Shown in pieces: positions 12,290 to 25,441 of a stretch of 64,000 bases of DNA; position 1 is the first letter of the stretch, and each line of letters begins with the position of its first letter. Source of the DNA: the human T2T-CHM13v2.0 reference genome, Homo sapiens; assembly GCF_009914755.1 (NCBI RefSeq), contig NC_060934.1; one strand, written 5' to 3'. The notes beneath the pieces are model-generated. The model searched no databases and was not told the DNA's origin. It saw only the letters and a program-made list of their open reading frames with translations. The translations under genes were made by a program, and so were the position numbers.

Positions 12290-13100
12290 TGGTTTTGATG
12301 CAGTTGTCAGACGGTGATGGATGACTATCATCATTTAAAGTATAAAAGAAAATGCCTTGGCACAGAGAGACATGATGAACTGCCGTCTGCCAGCCTGGAT
12401 AGGCGCGGCCACCATTTTCTTCTCCCTTCTTCCACCTCCCTCTCTGCTCACACTGCCCTTGCCAGAATCTACAAAAGTCATCGTGAGCCGTGCAGCACCG
12501 GGCTCTTGCCTTCTATAATATCACTTTGGTAGTTGTCAGATCATATGAAACGTCAAAATTCATGTGGCCTCCGCGAAGAGATATATTTAGTACAGCTGCT
12601 GCATACCTACACGCTACCTCTGACACTGACATATTAGTTATGCTGTCTTTTGCAATCTGATATCTTTAAATTTGCCACCTTGTTAAGTTTTGATTAATGT
12701 GATTCCATTTCACTAAAGTAATTGGCTTGGCCTGTTGTAAAAAATAATCAGCCCCCTCTACGGAACAAATGCTAGAACATGCTAATGAGGGAGTGAGTTC
12801 GTTACATTGATGGCGTGGACTGACAGTTATTAATGATTGTTATGATAAACAGACGAGTGCGAATTGGGATGAGTTGGGCAAAAGTGACAGTTTAAAAATA
12901 ACGTATATTGGAAGGTACTAACGAAGTAATATACTGTTAGGAAAACAATCATGCAAGTTGTCAAGGAAAGAAGTGTAATTATACAGCCGTATGGGCTGCT
13001 TAGGAGGACAGGGACCTGCCTGATAATGGACACATTTTTTGTTGGCAAGAGGGAAATATGTTATGGCAGAAAGAGGTGCAGATTGATAAATTAATTGGTC
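12290..13100. promoter_or_regulatory. Candidate conserved non-coding element/enhancer
   Basis: Repeat-free, roughly 19 CpGs in 700 bp at moderate GC; TGATGGAT 12315, TGATTAAT 12691, TGACAG 12821 and 12885, TGATAAAT 13084. Confidence 0.55.
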
Positions 13101-14224
13101 CTTCTCACAGCTCAGAGAGCAAACTTGGCCGGCAGTCCCATGCAGATTAGGGAGATGGAGCTTGCTGCTTTTCCCCCGGACCTCCCCGGCTCTTGCTGCC
13201 AGACTTTCCTGAGGCCTTGCTTGCCTCCTCTCCTACCCTCCTTCACCAGCTGCAACAAGTCGTAGGAAGTGCATCCCGAGGCAGTGTGTACAAAGTGCAA
13301 CTTTGAGCTGGAACTCTTGCAACCATGTCCAATTTTTTTTTAAAACCCTAAAGACTTAAATGCTCTATTGTTACTAAAATCTTTGGCTGTGATGGAGGTA
13401 ATTATGGGTGGTTTTCAGCCCCATGAAGGAGACTCAAACAGGCTGGGGACCATGCAGAGGGAGGTGCCAACTCCATGCTTCTAATACCAGCACATTGCTG
13501 TTGGCAGTTTGTATAATTAGCCAAGATAGAGTGGCGGTAGTGGCAGTGGTGGTGTGTGTACGTAGGGGAGAAAGGGAGGCATGCTCTTGAACAAAGAGGT
13601 GAATGAGCAGAATGGGTCATGTACATCCCACTGATGTGTGCTGATGTGACAAAGAGAGAAGGCAGGTAGAAGAGGTAAGAGCTTTTTTTGTGACCCCTGT
13701 ATGGGTATGGCTTCTGGGTTTGTGTCTTGGTCAAGACTCTTAATTGCATTAAAATAGTAACCAACTTGAGATAACTTAAGCATAAATAAAGGACTTATAA
13801 AGGCACTGACTTATCTCATGGAACCGAAAATCAAAGATATAGCTGGCCCTCTTGGTGACTGGGAATTGGACTTGGAGAGAGGGACCAAGGTAGCTGGTCT
13901 CTAGGTCTCTCTTAGTCTCTCTCTGGTCCCACTCCTGCCCACTTCTGCTCTCACCCACCACCCCTACCCACACCAAACCACGAGAGTCAGGAGAGTGAAG
14001 TTCTGGAGCTCGCAGTTGTGGTTTGCCTGAAGATGGGGTATTGAAAGGAATGGTTTCCACCCTTGCCTCCAAATGATACCAAATGCTACTTCTCAGAAAG
14101 GGAGCACAACTTCCCTTTGGGTGGCTCAGCTAGTATGGCTTAGGGATATAACAGGGAACCTGCTGATGTTCATACTGTGATACTTTGTTTTTCTCATAAC
14201 TGTTATATCAGGATGTACATTAAG

Positions 14225-14405
14225 TTAAGTAATCTTCACAACCACCCTGTTAGGCAGGGGCTGTTCTCTTTATTTAACAGATGAGGATAACAAGGCTGAA
14301 TGTTTGAGAACTTGCCCTAGATCATGGTGAGTGGCCAAGCTGGAGTTTTAACCAAGGTTCTGTGTCTCTGAAACCTGATGCTTCTCACCCTGCCACACTG
14401 CCTCT
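14225..14405 (-). mobile_element. MIR SINE
   Basis: taatcttcacaaccaccctgttagg...taacagatgaggataacaaggct...acttgccctagatca. Confidence 0.8.
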
Positions 14406-15054
14406 TGCTAGCATGGTGTGCCTTTCCCTACAACTTGGGCTGCTCAGTGGAGCAGAATTATCTGCTTGAGAATCAAAGAAAACCCGGGAAAAGTGTTTTT
14501 TTCCTGTGTCCTATTTCGACTTTCTAAGTAGAGACTGTGCAGGGGGCTCTTATAGGAAATTTATTACTTGCATTCAGATTTTGTGCTGCTCCACATATGC
14601 AAATATGGACCACGTGGGCCTGGGTCCTGGTCTGCTTGGGGATGTGAGCAGAAATACAGTCTCATTATCTGGCCATCAAGCCCTACAAAGACTCTGGAGC
14701 CTCTCTGTGCAAAACATCTAGAGCAATCCTGAAATCAAAGGAAGCTGCCAATTACCTCACAGCAAACCTGACAATTAAGAAAAAAGGAAGTTTCACTTTT
14801 CTAAGTTGGAAACAGAGAGTATTTGCTCTGGGGAAGGAGCAGGTAACTAAGGTTTATTGAATGCCTAACATGTGTTAGGGATGATACCAGGACTCCCTGG
14901 TGCTCTGTCTCATTTGGGTGGTGGGCATATTCCCATATCAAAAATGAAGAAACAGATGTTCTGAGTAGTTGAAAACTCGAACTTCCAGTGCACTGGGCTA
15001 TGGAATGATTGTTTCTCCTGTTACATGGGCTGTGGTCCCATGTAACCCATTGTT

Positions 15055-16525
15055 TTAAACCACTTTAACCATTTTAAAGTATACAGTTCAGTGGCATTAA
15101 GTACCTTCATATTGTGCAATCATCAGCACCATCCATCTGCAGAACTTTGTTCATTTTGTAAAGCTGAAACCCATTAAACAGTAACTCCCCATTCCTCCCT
15201 CCCCTTAGCCCCTAGCAACCACAATTCTACTTTCTGGCTCTCTGAATTCGACTGAGCACCACTGAGTACCTCATATGGGTGAATTATACAGTATTTATCC
15301 TTTTGTGTCTGGCTTCTTTCACTTAGCCTATGTTCAAGGTTCATATTGTGGCATGTGTCAGAATTTTCTTCATTTTTAAGGCTGAATAATATTGCACTGT
15401 ATGTATAGATCACATTTAGCTTATCTATCCATCAGTGAACAGTTGGGTTACTTCCACCTTTTGGCTATTGTGCTTTCCTAAACATGAGTGTACAGATACC
15501 TCTTCAGCACTTTGTTTTTTGAACACAACACTTGTGTATCTGTTCATATGTTGATAGGCATTTGGATTATTTCCAGTTTTTGGCTATTACAAATAATGCC
15601 ACTATATGTACATACCATATTTTATCTGTTCACCCATCAGTGGAGACTTGGACCACTTCTGTCTTTGTCTACTGTGAATAATGCTGCTGTAAACATTAGT
15701 GCACAGATATCTCTTCCTGTTTCTTTGTTCAGTTCTTTTGGGTGTATACCCAGAAGAGGAATTGCTGGGTCATATTATATTTCTCATTCTTTGAGGAACT
15801 GCCATATTGTTTTTTATAGCAGCTGCACAACTTTCCGATTTCTCTACATCCTTGCCAACTCTTCTTTTTGTTTGGGTGTGTGTGATGATGGCCATCTCAG
15901 TGAGTATGAGTAGCATCTCATGTGGCTTTTATTTGTATTTCCCTAATGATTAGTCATATTGAATGCCTTTACATGTACTTATTGGCCATATGCATATGTT
16001 TTTGGAGAACTGTCTATTCAAGTCCTTTGCCCATTTTTGAATTGAGTCTTCTTTTGTTGATGTTATTGTTGAGCATTAGGACTTCTATTTTGAGTATTAA
16101 TCCCTTATCAGATATGTGATTTGCAAATATATTTTCTCATTCCATAGGTTGCCTTTGTACTCTGTTGATAGTGTCCTTTGATGTGCAAGATTTTAGTTGA
16201 TGAAGTCTAGTTTGTCTATTTTCTTTCTTTTGTTGCCTGTGCTTTTGGTGTCATATCCAAGAAATCATTGCCAAATCCAGTGTCATGAAGCTTTCCCCCT
16301 ATGTTTTCTTCTAAAAGTTTTATCGTTTTCATTCTTAAATGCTCAGTTATTTGATCCATTTTGAGCTAATTTTTGTAGATAGTGTTAGGTAAGGGTCCAA
16401 CTCACTTTTTTGGCATGTGGATGTCCAGTTTTCCAGCACAATTTGTTGTAAAGACTGTCTTAGTAACCTTGTCAAAATCATTTGACCATCTATGCAAGAG
16501 TTATTTCTAGGTTCTCTATTCTTTT
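15055..16525 (-). mobile_element. LINE-1 (L1MB-type) 3' UTR and ORF2 C-terminal part
   Basis: aaccattttaaagtatacagttcagtggcattaagtac, ggaattgctgggtcatat, atttccctaatgattagt, gcttttggtgtcatatccaagaaatcattgccaaatcca are typical antisense L1 3' sequences. Confidence 0.93.
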
Positions 16526-19029
16526 AATAACAAAATTATTTTTTGTCTCCCCCATTAAATTATTGACTTTTTTTTTTCATGATAAGGTTGAGAGATAGCA
16601 GAATTTAAACATTTAGACCGCTAGATAGGAGTTGCAATGCAGGGTCTACTCTTGGCTCTGACCCTGGAACAGGTCACAACCACAATTCTTTGCCTCTCTG
16701 CCCAACTTTTGAAAAGGAAAGGTGATAGTATTGGCGATTTTAAAGTCAACAGAGAAAACAGACTTGGAATGGTCTTTCAAGTCTTTAAAAGGAAAGGGAG
16801 GGAGGGCCCTTTTCTAACTGGAAGGCTCAGATTTCTGGTGAGTGTGAGGGCCACCATCTTCCTGACCCTCAGATGACCCTTCTTCCTGCAGTCCCATGAC
16901 TAAACTGGAGGTCAGCACCGGGGTGAGGATGCGGTCAAAGGATGAGCCCCCATGGTGGGCAAACAGGGCCAGAGAGAACTCTCATCAGCATTATAGATGG
17001 TCGCCCCAGCATCAAAGGGCAGCCTACTCTCTCCTCAGGTCAGGGAAGCCTCTTTGTGTCATTCACATTGTTGTGAAAAGAGAAAAAAAACACTTGGCCC
17101 AAAATGTTCTCTCCACCATTTTCTACCTGATCTTCTCTGTCTTTTTCTCTCCTGACATTCTTCTCTGTTAGCCCTAGAAAGGCCCGTGTCTTCCTTCTTT
17201 CTTGCCTTGTGTATATTTTCACAGTGAGGTTTCTGTACTCTGTGTGCTGTTATGCCAAAATGTTGCTGTATGGCAAGAGACAGGATATATCCCTAAGCAC
17301 CAATCATGTATACCTCATCTACCAGTGAGCTGTGAGGTAAATCCATGAGTCCCGAAACCTGGGCTCAAGAAGAAAGCTGCTTCCATGCTCTAGGATCTGG
17401 GCAGAAAATGTGATTCTAAAGGGTTATGTTTGAGGGTATCGCTCAGCCCTGAAGACTGTGCACACTGTCATAAGCCCTTGGATACTCTCCCACTTAGGGA
17501 TTTCTGTGCATTTCAGTCTTCTTAGGCTGCAGCTGGAAGTCAATAGGAAGTGTTGTGGTCTCTCACAACAAGCTCATTTATTCATCCATTCTCTGGACAC
17601 TCAAGGAAAAATATTAGCTCCTCTTAGGATCTGTGTATAAGCCAAATCATGTTGGCTTAGGCGTACTAGGAGGAGATTTTCAAGCTGTGTTAGAAGAGGG
17701 AATATAGTCACCTTTATCTTTCCAAGTTATCTGTCAGTTGAGAGCCATGCTGCTGTTAACAGCACCTCCCGGTGGCCCAAAAGGAAGGCATAAGGACCCA
17801 GCCAATCTTGCTTAGGCTTTTATGGGAAGAGTCTTTTGTAGGCCTTGGTGACTGAGCACATTGAGCTATATGATGGTGGGTTTTTTACATTGTATAGGGT
17901 TTTGATGAAAGATATGGTATGAGCCCCTAAAGCACTTAAGGGTACCAATAGACTTGACACTTCTCCACTTCCATCACACAGTATTGCTATGAAAATGCAA
18001 TCAATCCAGTTCCTGACATCTTTTCTACCCCACTCTCAAGAGCACCTACTGTATCAACATGACATTTTAAAATCTTGGCTTGTTTTCCAGGCCATGAATT
18101 TAATTTCTCATTGCTTCACCATTTGGCTTTTATGTTCTCAAAGCGAAATGTTGTCCAACAATAGTTACCACCATCTTGTTAGTCAGGTCCTCTTTCCTGG
18201 GCATCCTAAAACCAGATAATTTTAAAAAATTCATTGCAGCCATGGGCACTCAGCCTTGTGCTAATAGCCACCAAGTTCTGACAAAGCAAGTCCGACATCC
18301 CTCGATAAGTAAAATCCAAACCTCCTGACGTTGTGTAACAGTAAGCAGATTGGCATGTCTTTGGATTAGTGGAGGCACTGAAGCAAAATGCTCAATCCTT
18401 AGTGACCTTTGGCAAATGGATGGGGATGTGTAGCCATTGTAGGTTATCTTTATGTTCACTGTGTAGACACTCAGCCTCTGCCAGGCCAAGACAGAAGCTG
18501 TCAGGGCAGATAAACTTAGTTGGGAACTAGCTGTTTTTCTGACTATATCACAGTGCTTTGCAGAACTATTTTGTCTGATAAACTGCTTCTTCTTTAAACT
18601 TGTCTGTGAATAGTTCTGTGAAGCATTAAGCTTTCCCTCTTGGGTTTTGAGCTGCCTGTACTTTGTTTTAATCTTTGGGTCTAGAACTGACTTTCTCATA
18701 AAATGTACAGTCCACTGTCCTCGGCTGCAGTGTCTTCCGGTGAGTTCCTTTGAGGGAGTCAGTGGGAGATGCCATATCTGGGTCTATCAGACATGTATTC
18801 TGGGGGATGTGTGTGTGTGTTTCTTCTATCTGTCCAGGAAGCATTCTGTGAAAATAGGGTCCCCTTTGATCACTTCTTTCTGAGCCCATTAATGCCTGTT
18901 TCTAGTTTAAACATAATTCATATGTTGATATAGAATTTTGCAAGCACTTGGAAAAAAAATTTGGGCAAAAGTTCTTACCACTTGGAGTAAAGCTCATACT
19001 TTTATTTCCCTCCTCTGCTAGAGAAGTGG

Positions 19030-19170
19030 TGACTAAAGGCCAGAGATGTTGATTCTGAACACTCTCTCTGCTTGGGCAAGTTGCTTGACTTCTTTGGGCT
19101 CAGGTTTGCTCCCCTTTAAAATAAGGTGGTCACATTAGGTGATTTCTGAGACCCACTCTGGCTTTAATGG
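19030..19170 (+). mobile_element. MIR3 fragment
   Basis: cttgggcaagttgcttgacttctttgggctcaggttt...taggtgatttctgagaccc. Confidence 0.6.
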
Positions 19171-19929
19171 ACTCCAAGCTCTCTAAGACTGAAGCAGAGA
19201 ATATTTTTGGGGAAGTGAATGAACTGTTGGGTTTTTCTTCTTTCATTCCTATTCCAGGTGAAGATAAAAGACTTAGCCCTCTATTGAGCTGACATGGATT
19301 CAGAATTCTTTAGTGTTCAGGCTTTCTTTTAAGCTTCAGACAGGATCGTGAAGAGAAAAACCTGCCCTCAATTCCTTTGCCTTGTTAGTTCTCATATAAT
19401 GTGCTGCAGAAACTGCTAATTGTCACTTCGAGGTGATGGGTGAGGGTCTGGTCTCTTGAAGGAAAAGTCAAAATTTTCAGTTCCTGTCCCCTTCTTGTTT
19501 AGGTAGAGGTGTATTCAAGTCTGATAAAGGAGGACTCTAAATCTAATTTGAAATTAATTAAATTTGCCCCTTCCCCAAAGCAGTGGGGAGTGAGAGAGAG
19601 TTGCAGGGTAACAATGTAAATATCCAGTTGAATACAATATACTGTAATAATGAAAATATAATTTTCTGGACAGTCTTGGGAGAGTGCCTGTGGGTTGCCC
19701 TTGCATGTGCTGTGTAACATACACATGTACGTATGCTTCGCTAAAGAGCCATCTAGACATAACTTCAATCACAAACACTTATATTGCTAATCTTTTCAAG
19801 AGATTTTTCTTTAGTTTTAGTTTATAACTCTAAGTATGATCTTATACTTGTGTGTGAAAATGCACTCCTTGAAACTTGAGCCCAATAACCTGTGTTTGTA
19901 CATCAGTTTCACAGGACATTGTTTTCAAA

Positions 19930-20200
19930 AAAATGTCATCGGCATTCCTTTCATTTTTGTTGCCTGCTAGGTATACCCTTTTTCCACGTCTCTCTGACTC
20001 AGCCTTCTCTACGTCTGCTAAGAAATTTGTAGTTGTCCAGCATTTGTTTAGTAAAGTCCCCGGGTTGGCCTCTATGTGGACATTTGGTCCCCAGTGCCGG
20101 AAGTCACACCCATAGTCAGCGCACTGCCCCTCGTGATCAGGCACTGCCCCTAATGTGTTGTCTTCTTTGGCGGAGGGATCGGCTAATGTGAAGCTGGAAA
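19930..20200. promoter_or_regulatory. Candidate enhancer with TEAD, AP-1 and ETS motifs
   Basis: GCATTCC 19942-19948, TGACTCA 19995-20001, CCGGAAGT 20097-20104, direct repeat gcactgcccct at 20121 and 20141, retained CpGs. Confidence 0.45.
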
Positions 20201-20289
20201 GCAGATCTTTGGTTGAAAGATTTTTCCTTTGGTGATATAGTAATTTTAATCTGGAATTAGATCATTTCAGCAAGAGGTGGTTGAAAGGT

Positions 20290-20425
20290 CCAGTTCTTGG
20301 CTCTATCACTTACTGGCTGTATGACTGTGGGTAGGTGTCTTAATGTCTCTGAGCCTTACTTGTACATTGGAGACATTACATCTTTACAAGGTTGTCTTAG
20401 AGGGTGACTAAGATAATGCTCATCA
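20290..20425 (+). mobile_element. MIR SINE
   Basis: ggctctatcacttactggctgtatgactgtgggtaggtgtcttaatgtctctgagcct. Confidence 0.75.
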
Positions 20426-22309
20426 ATCTACTCAGTTTATATAAGTTGAATGGGAGCCACCAACAGTTCTTACCCAGGAGTATATTAAATTTACTAGTTG
20501 AATTTTACTCATGGAGCTTCAATACAAATGGGAGGATGGAGGCCACCAGATTTAGCTTTCAACTCTATAATTGGGAAGTTCTGAGTCATTTCCCTTTTCC
20601 TTAATACCTGGAGTATTTCATTGTTTGGCTCTTGTCCTCTCCCCTCTCCTTCTCTTTATTCTAGAAATATTTCCTGGCATGAAGATTTGCCAGTTTGTTT
20701 GTCTTAGGGTAAGTTTAGCACAAGAAGTAAAACCAAACCACAGTCATACACAGATGTGAACACCAGCATCACCGCACAGTAATGCAACTTAAAAGAAAGT
20801 TTGACAGAATTAGAAATCTGACAATGCCTTTGTAGGAGCTTTCAGAGAAAATGGTGGGAGTTTCATATATTTGAAGCAATGAAAGCAAGAATGAGAAAAG
20901 CATGTCTTTGAGAAGACAACAGAAGACAATGAAAAGAAATCCTTACAGCTCAAGGATTTGAAATCACAATCATGTGACACTTTTGGAAGCGAAACAGAAA
21001 AAAATTAACTTTGCTCTAGTTTTTATGGACTTCTTTTGACTTATTGCATAAAAATAACAGAAATTTCTGGCAAGCGGACTGGATTTCCAAAACTCTTCCC
21101 CACGGAGGCAGCGAGGAGAATTGTCTGAAAAGTTATGTGTGTTTGTTATCATGAAAACATTAATAATATTAGGATTTGGCTATAATCCATTTTTACTTTG
21201 AGAACCTCGACATTTTAACGGGTACATGTAACTGATAAATCCTTTTTGTGGTTGTCAAAACAAGCAAAGCTAACTTTGTACATTTCCTATTATAACTAAA
21301 AGCACTTTGACAGTCTGAAATTGGATGTATCAGTATGGAGAGCAAACAGCCTATTCATTTTATCACCATACTTCTCTAAGGATTTTGACATTTCTGAGAT
21401 ACATATCACTTCTAAACAGTGAAGCACAAAGTTGGTAAAGGTTGTGATGGCTGCAGTTCATGGAGGTTGACCATCCTGTTGGGATTGCCAGTTCCCTTGG
21501 CAGGTGCCTTGCTAGGCCAGCCTGCCATGCATCTGGTCATGTGGAGACCATCAGGAGACCATCGCATGGTCTATCCACATCTTTGAGGCCCAACTGATCA
21601 TTTGTGGTGTCCTGAGAGCTTTCAGCCATGCTGTAGTCTGGGAGAGTCAGTTTTTGGGTGGGTTCAGGCATGGAGCATCTGATGATGTTGGAGTCAGTCA
21701 CAATGAACCAGAACCTGAGGTCTGGGCAGGACCAGGCTCTGTGGAGAGAGGCAGTATGCTAGAGTGACTGATGTCTGTTCAGAGGAGGAGAAACATCTCC
21801 AGGCAGAGAGAAAGCCATGGTTGGTTCCCCTGCCCTGAAAGGTTTGGGCCTCGCGGTGTCTCTGCCTGTCAGATGTTTCATGTACTGGTCAGTGACATAT
21901 TTTTAGGGTGGGTCTGGATAAGGATGTTTGGTTCAAACATGTGTGGAGCCTGGGCCCCTTCACCTGCACATCCCTCATCCCACTGTCTCTCTCCAGCCTG
22001 TCCCCTCTGTGACCTGGTCATCTGCTTCTCTCCCTGGAGCTCCCCTCATGTGACCCATCTGTTTGCACTGGAGTGACCTTCTGCTGATCCCGTCTTGGTT
22101 GCCTCATTTCTTCCATTAGCTGTGAATTTTTTGAGGATAGTGCATATCTTATATTTTTAGTTTGTGTTTTAATTGTTCACCATAGTTCACATTCTATCTC
22201 ATTCCCATAGTAGTTTTTTGAACAATTATTTTATCCGAAAGTACTTGTAGTGGTCTTCCAGTCTTTAGCCTGGAAATTAGCCTGATGACTAATGTTTTGT
22301 GTGGAGATT

Positions 22310-22480
22310 AGCAGAGTAGGTAGTGGCTAAGAGCCCAGATTCTGGAGCCAGATTGCTTGGCTCAGCAATGCTGCTTTCTGGCTGTGTGACCTTGAATGAG
22401 TTAAAGTACCCCTCTGTGCCTTAGTTTCTTTATCTGTGCAATCTGTACAATAATAGAAGTACCCACTTCCTATGATTCCA
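22310..22480 (+). mobile_element. MIR SINE
   Basis: gtagtggctaagagcccagattctggagccagattgc...gctgtgtgaccttgaatgagtt...ctctgtgccttagtttctttatctgt. Confidence 0.85.
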
Positions 22481-23229
22481 TTCTATGAATTACCTATTGT
22501 TGGTTGCTGTTGTTACTGTTTTTTTATTGTTCTCTTACTTGAGGACTTCAGTGACAAAGAGTAGCAGTCCCCGTGCTTTGGGTTACTGAATTTTAAACTC
22601 TTTTGTAAGGCTGATTGAGTGAGGGAGTCTTTGCTTGGAGGCAGGAAGATGACTCCCCAAGCCCCTGTTTGTCCCCCATTATTCCTGTCCTCCAGGACTG
22701 GCATGCCCTGCCGTTCATTTCCTTGTTGGAGGAGACAATGATGATGCCTTTTCTACACAGACACTCTCCTCAGCTGCTTGCTTTTGTGAGCAGGTATCTC
22801 CTCTGTTAAGAGATTAGAATCTTAATCCTAAATGATATTTCATGGCCTAAGACTTAAATTTATATATCACCATCCGGAATAATGTATTGGATTGCATTAA
22901 ACAGATTGTAGATTAACATGCAACTATAAAACAAATCATCAATGTGTTGTTGACAACTCTAAGTGCAAGTTCATATATTTAACTACATTTGGGGAGTATT
23001 AAAGTGTTTAAAGCGGCTTAACGGGTTGATGTAAAATTAAGCATCATGTTCTGTTTCAATTTGTGAGCCAGCCCGAGAGACAATAAAATGGAGGCATAGG
23101 CTTGAGAGGAAGGAGCATGGAAGAAAATTTGGAATCAGACTTGGCACCAGGGAAATCCTGGCATGGTCAAAACATATTGGGTAGCAGTAGAAGGCTGTCC
23201 ATTTACATACTCAGTCTATGAGCAGGTAT

Positions 23230-23930
23230 TTGAAGCCTCAAGGAGTTTATAGTCCAGTTGAGATAAACCAACCAGCATACAGAAAACAATGGTGAAAAAT
23301 AAGAGACTTAGTGTCCTTTAGCACTGAGCTGGGTGAAATGGACCACCTGCTGTGAGAGTTCACAGGAAATGACAGTGGCATTTGGAGTGGTCAGAAAGAT
23401 CTTAAAGATGGTGGCATTTGAGCTGATCCTCATAAGGCAATCAGAGAGGAGAATGGAAGGCAAGGGTGAAAGCGTGGTAGGCGCTTGGGTAATGGTGTGC
23501 TGGAAATTCATGATCAGACAGTTGGGTAGGGCCAGGTACTAGAGAGCCACAGCAGCCAGGCAAGCACTAATGCTAGAACCAGGAACCAGACTGCCTGGGA
23601 TTCAAATCCCTGATCTCTCACTTTCTAGTTGTGTGGCCCTAGGTGGGTTACATAACTGCTTTCTCAGTTTTCTCATCTGTAAAATGGGGATAACACCAGT
23701 ATGTACCTTTGAGGATTGTTGTGAAGAGTCAATGTGTTTTTGAATAGAGGAGGCATATAGTAGTGGAAATGGCATTTGACCTGTAATGGTATTTAGGTTT
23801 GCTTCCAGGGTGAGAGAGTTGGGGGGCAAACTGGTGGGCAAATTGGGGAGGCTGTTTAAGCAATTTCGGTGCAGGGTAACGGGTCCTAGGCTAAGAATAG
23901 ACTCTAATAAGAAAGACAGTAGATGTGTGG
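23230..23930 (-). mobile_element. L2 LINE remnant with nested MIR
   Basis: gcctcaaggagtttatagtccagt, ggtggcatttgagctg and gggaggctgtttaagcaattt are antisense L2 motifs on both sides of the MIR. Confidence 0.6.
23575..23735 (+). mobile_element. MIR SINE
   Basis: ccagactgcctgggattcaaatccc...ctcagttttctcatctgtaaaatggggataac. Confidence 0.9.
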
Positions 23931-25441
23931 ATTTCTTTTTCTTAATTTTTATCCTTTTACTGTCCTTTGGGCTGTGGAGACTATCAGTGTGTATGCTCTG
24001 CCATGGTTCTGTAAGCCTTCCTCTAAACAGTGCATCCCGAGAGAGACAGATGTGAGCTGGGAATGTGGACCCTGCTGGATGCGGGCATTTCCTTTCCTCC
24101 CCTTCTCTCTGGCTTCACAGTGTTTAGACTTTTTTGTACCTATCCCAAAAATTGCTGCTAATTGACTTGGAGCACATAAAAATAAGGGATATGAATGCTC
24201 TGGAGAGACACCTCAGGCTCTACTTGAAGATAATATGGGGTGAATAAGAAAAACCGCAGTGTAGTCCGGAGCTGTGTTAAAGGGAATGAAACGTGCAAAG
24301 CCTTTTTCACTGCACGCTGTGTGAATGAGATCCTTGTTGGAACTCTAGAGTTGCTTACCAGAGTTCAAAGAAAATGAAAAAAAAAAAAAAAAGGGAGGCA
24401 GGGAAGGCTGGTGAAAAAAATGATTCAAAGGGTAGAAAATAGATCTCTGAAGGAAAATCTTGTAAGACTGGAGTGTTCAGACTAGGGAAGGAAAAAGAGG
24501 GTAAATTAATTCCTAACCTCAAATAGCAAAAGGTTTCTTTTTTTTTATGTGAATCTTTGTTTCTCAAAGAACGTTCTATGGAACCCAAGTTCTGGAGCGG
24601 GGTGGCTTCTGAAGTCAGGTCAGTCCCCCATGGACAATTCCCAAAGCACATTTGCATCTAAGAGGGACTGAGGATTTCTGCAGAAAGAACCCCATTTTAC
24701 TTTGAGTAACCTACTGTATTCCAAACATTTTCATCTCTGGAAATTTTTAGTTTTCTAACACCTTTGGAAAATGCTGAGTCAGAATCACTAAGATGATGTT
24801 CAGTATAAGAGAAAAAATAAAAGGTTTGAGGTGTGAGACCAAACATTGTGGTGATAATAGAATTTTCACTGGGGGAAATGTAGGGTCCTCCTCTATTTTG
24901 GTGGGTGGAGGTAAAGAAGAGAATACAGTCATCCACCTGTTTTTAAGGCCATGTGCCTACCTAAGTGCAGGGGCCACTGCCCCTGTCCTTCCCAGTCCTG
25001 GGGCATTCAAGCTGAGTGCTGTGGGCTCAGGTTTGGAGCCCAATCATTTGGGCTCCAAATTCTGTAAGGTGGCTGGAGAAGCTTGATGGGCCTGGCCCCA
25101 CCGGCAGGAGATGAGGTAGATGGCCCCTGGGACCAGCTGAGAAGGGCAAACACAGACCTGGCTCTTTGCTGAGGCCAGCCTGGGGAGACGCATGGCACAT
25201 TGCCGACACAAAGTGCACGTCTGCCCCTGCTCAAGGGCAAGAGTCATCCAGGTGTGTCAACTCATGGTGCCTCTTAGGGAGTTCAAGAACCGAAATTCAG
25301 GAGAGGCACTCTCAGTTTACGTTACTTTCTTCATCAAGGTTGGCAAGTGTCTTTCCAGTTTTTGCTTAAAACCCAGCTTTCTTCCCTTCCCTTTGTTTTC
25401 TCCCCTTCTCTCTGTCTTCCTGCCTCCCTCCCTTTCCTCTC

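Noticed and set aside
15020-15046. 10-bp perfect hairpin gttacatggg/cccatgtaac
   Set aside because: Too short for a pre-miRNA; isolated stems of this size can occur by chance in 64 kb; terminator logic does not apply to this DNA.
20121-20151. Tandem CTCF sites
   Set aside because: The reverse strand reads TCACGAGGGGCAGTGC, one G short of the CTCF core spacing; kept only as an unexplained repeat.
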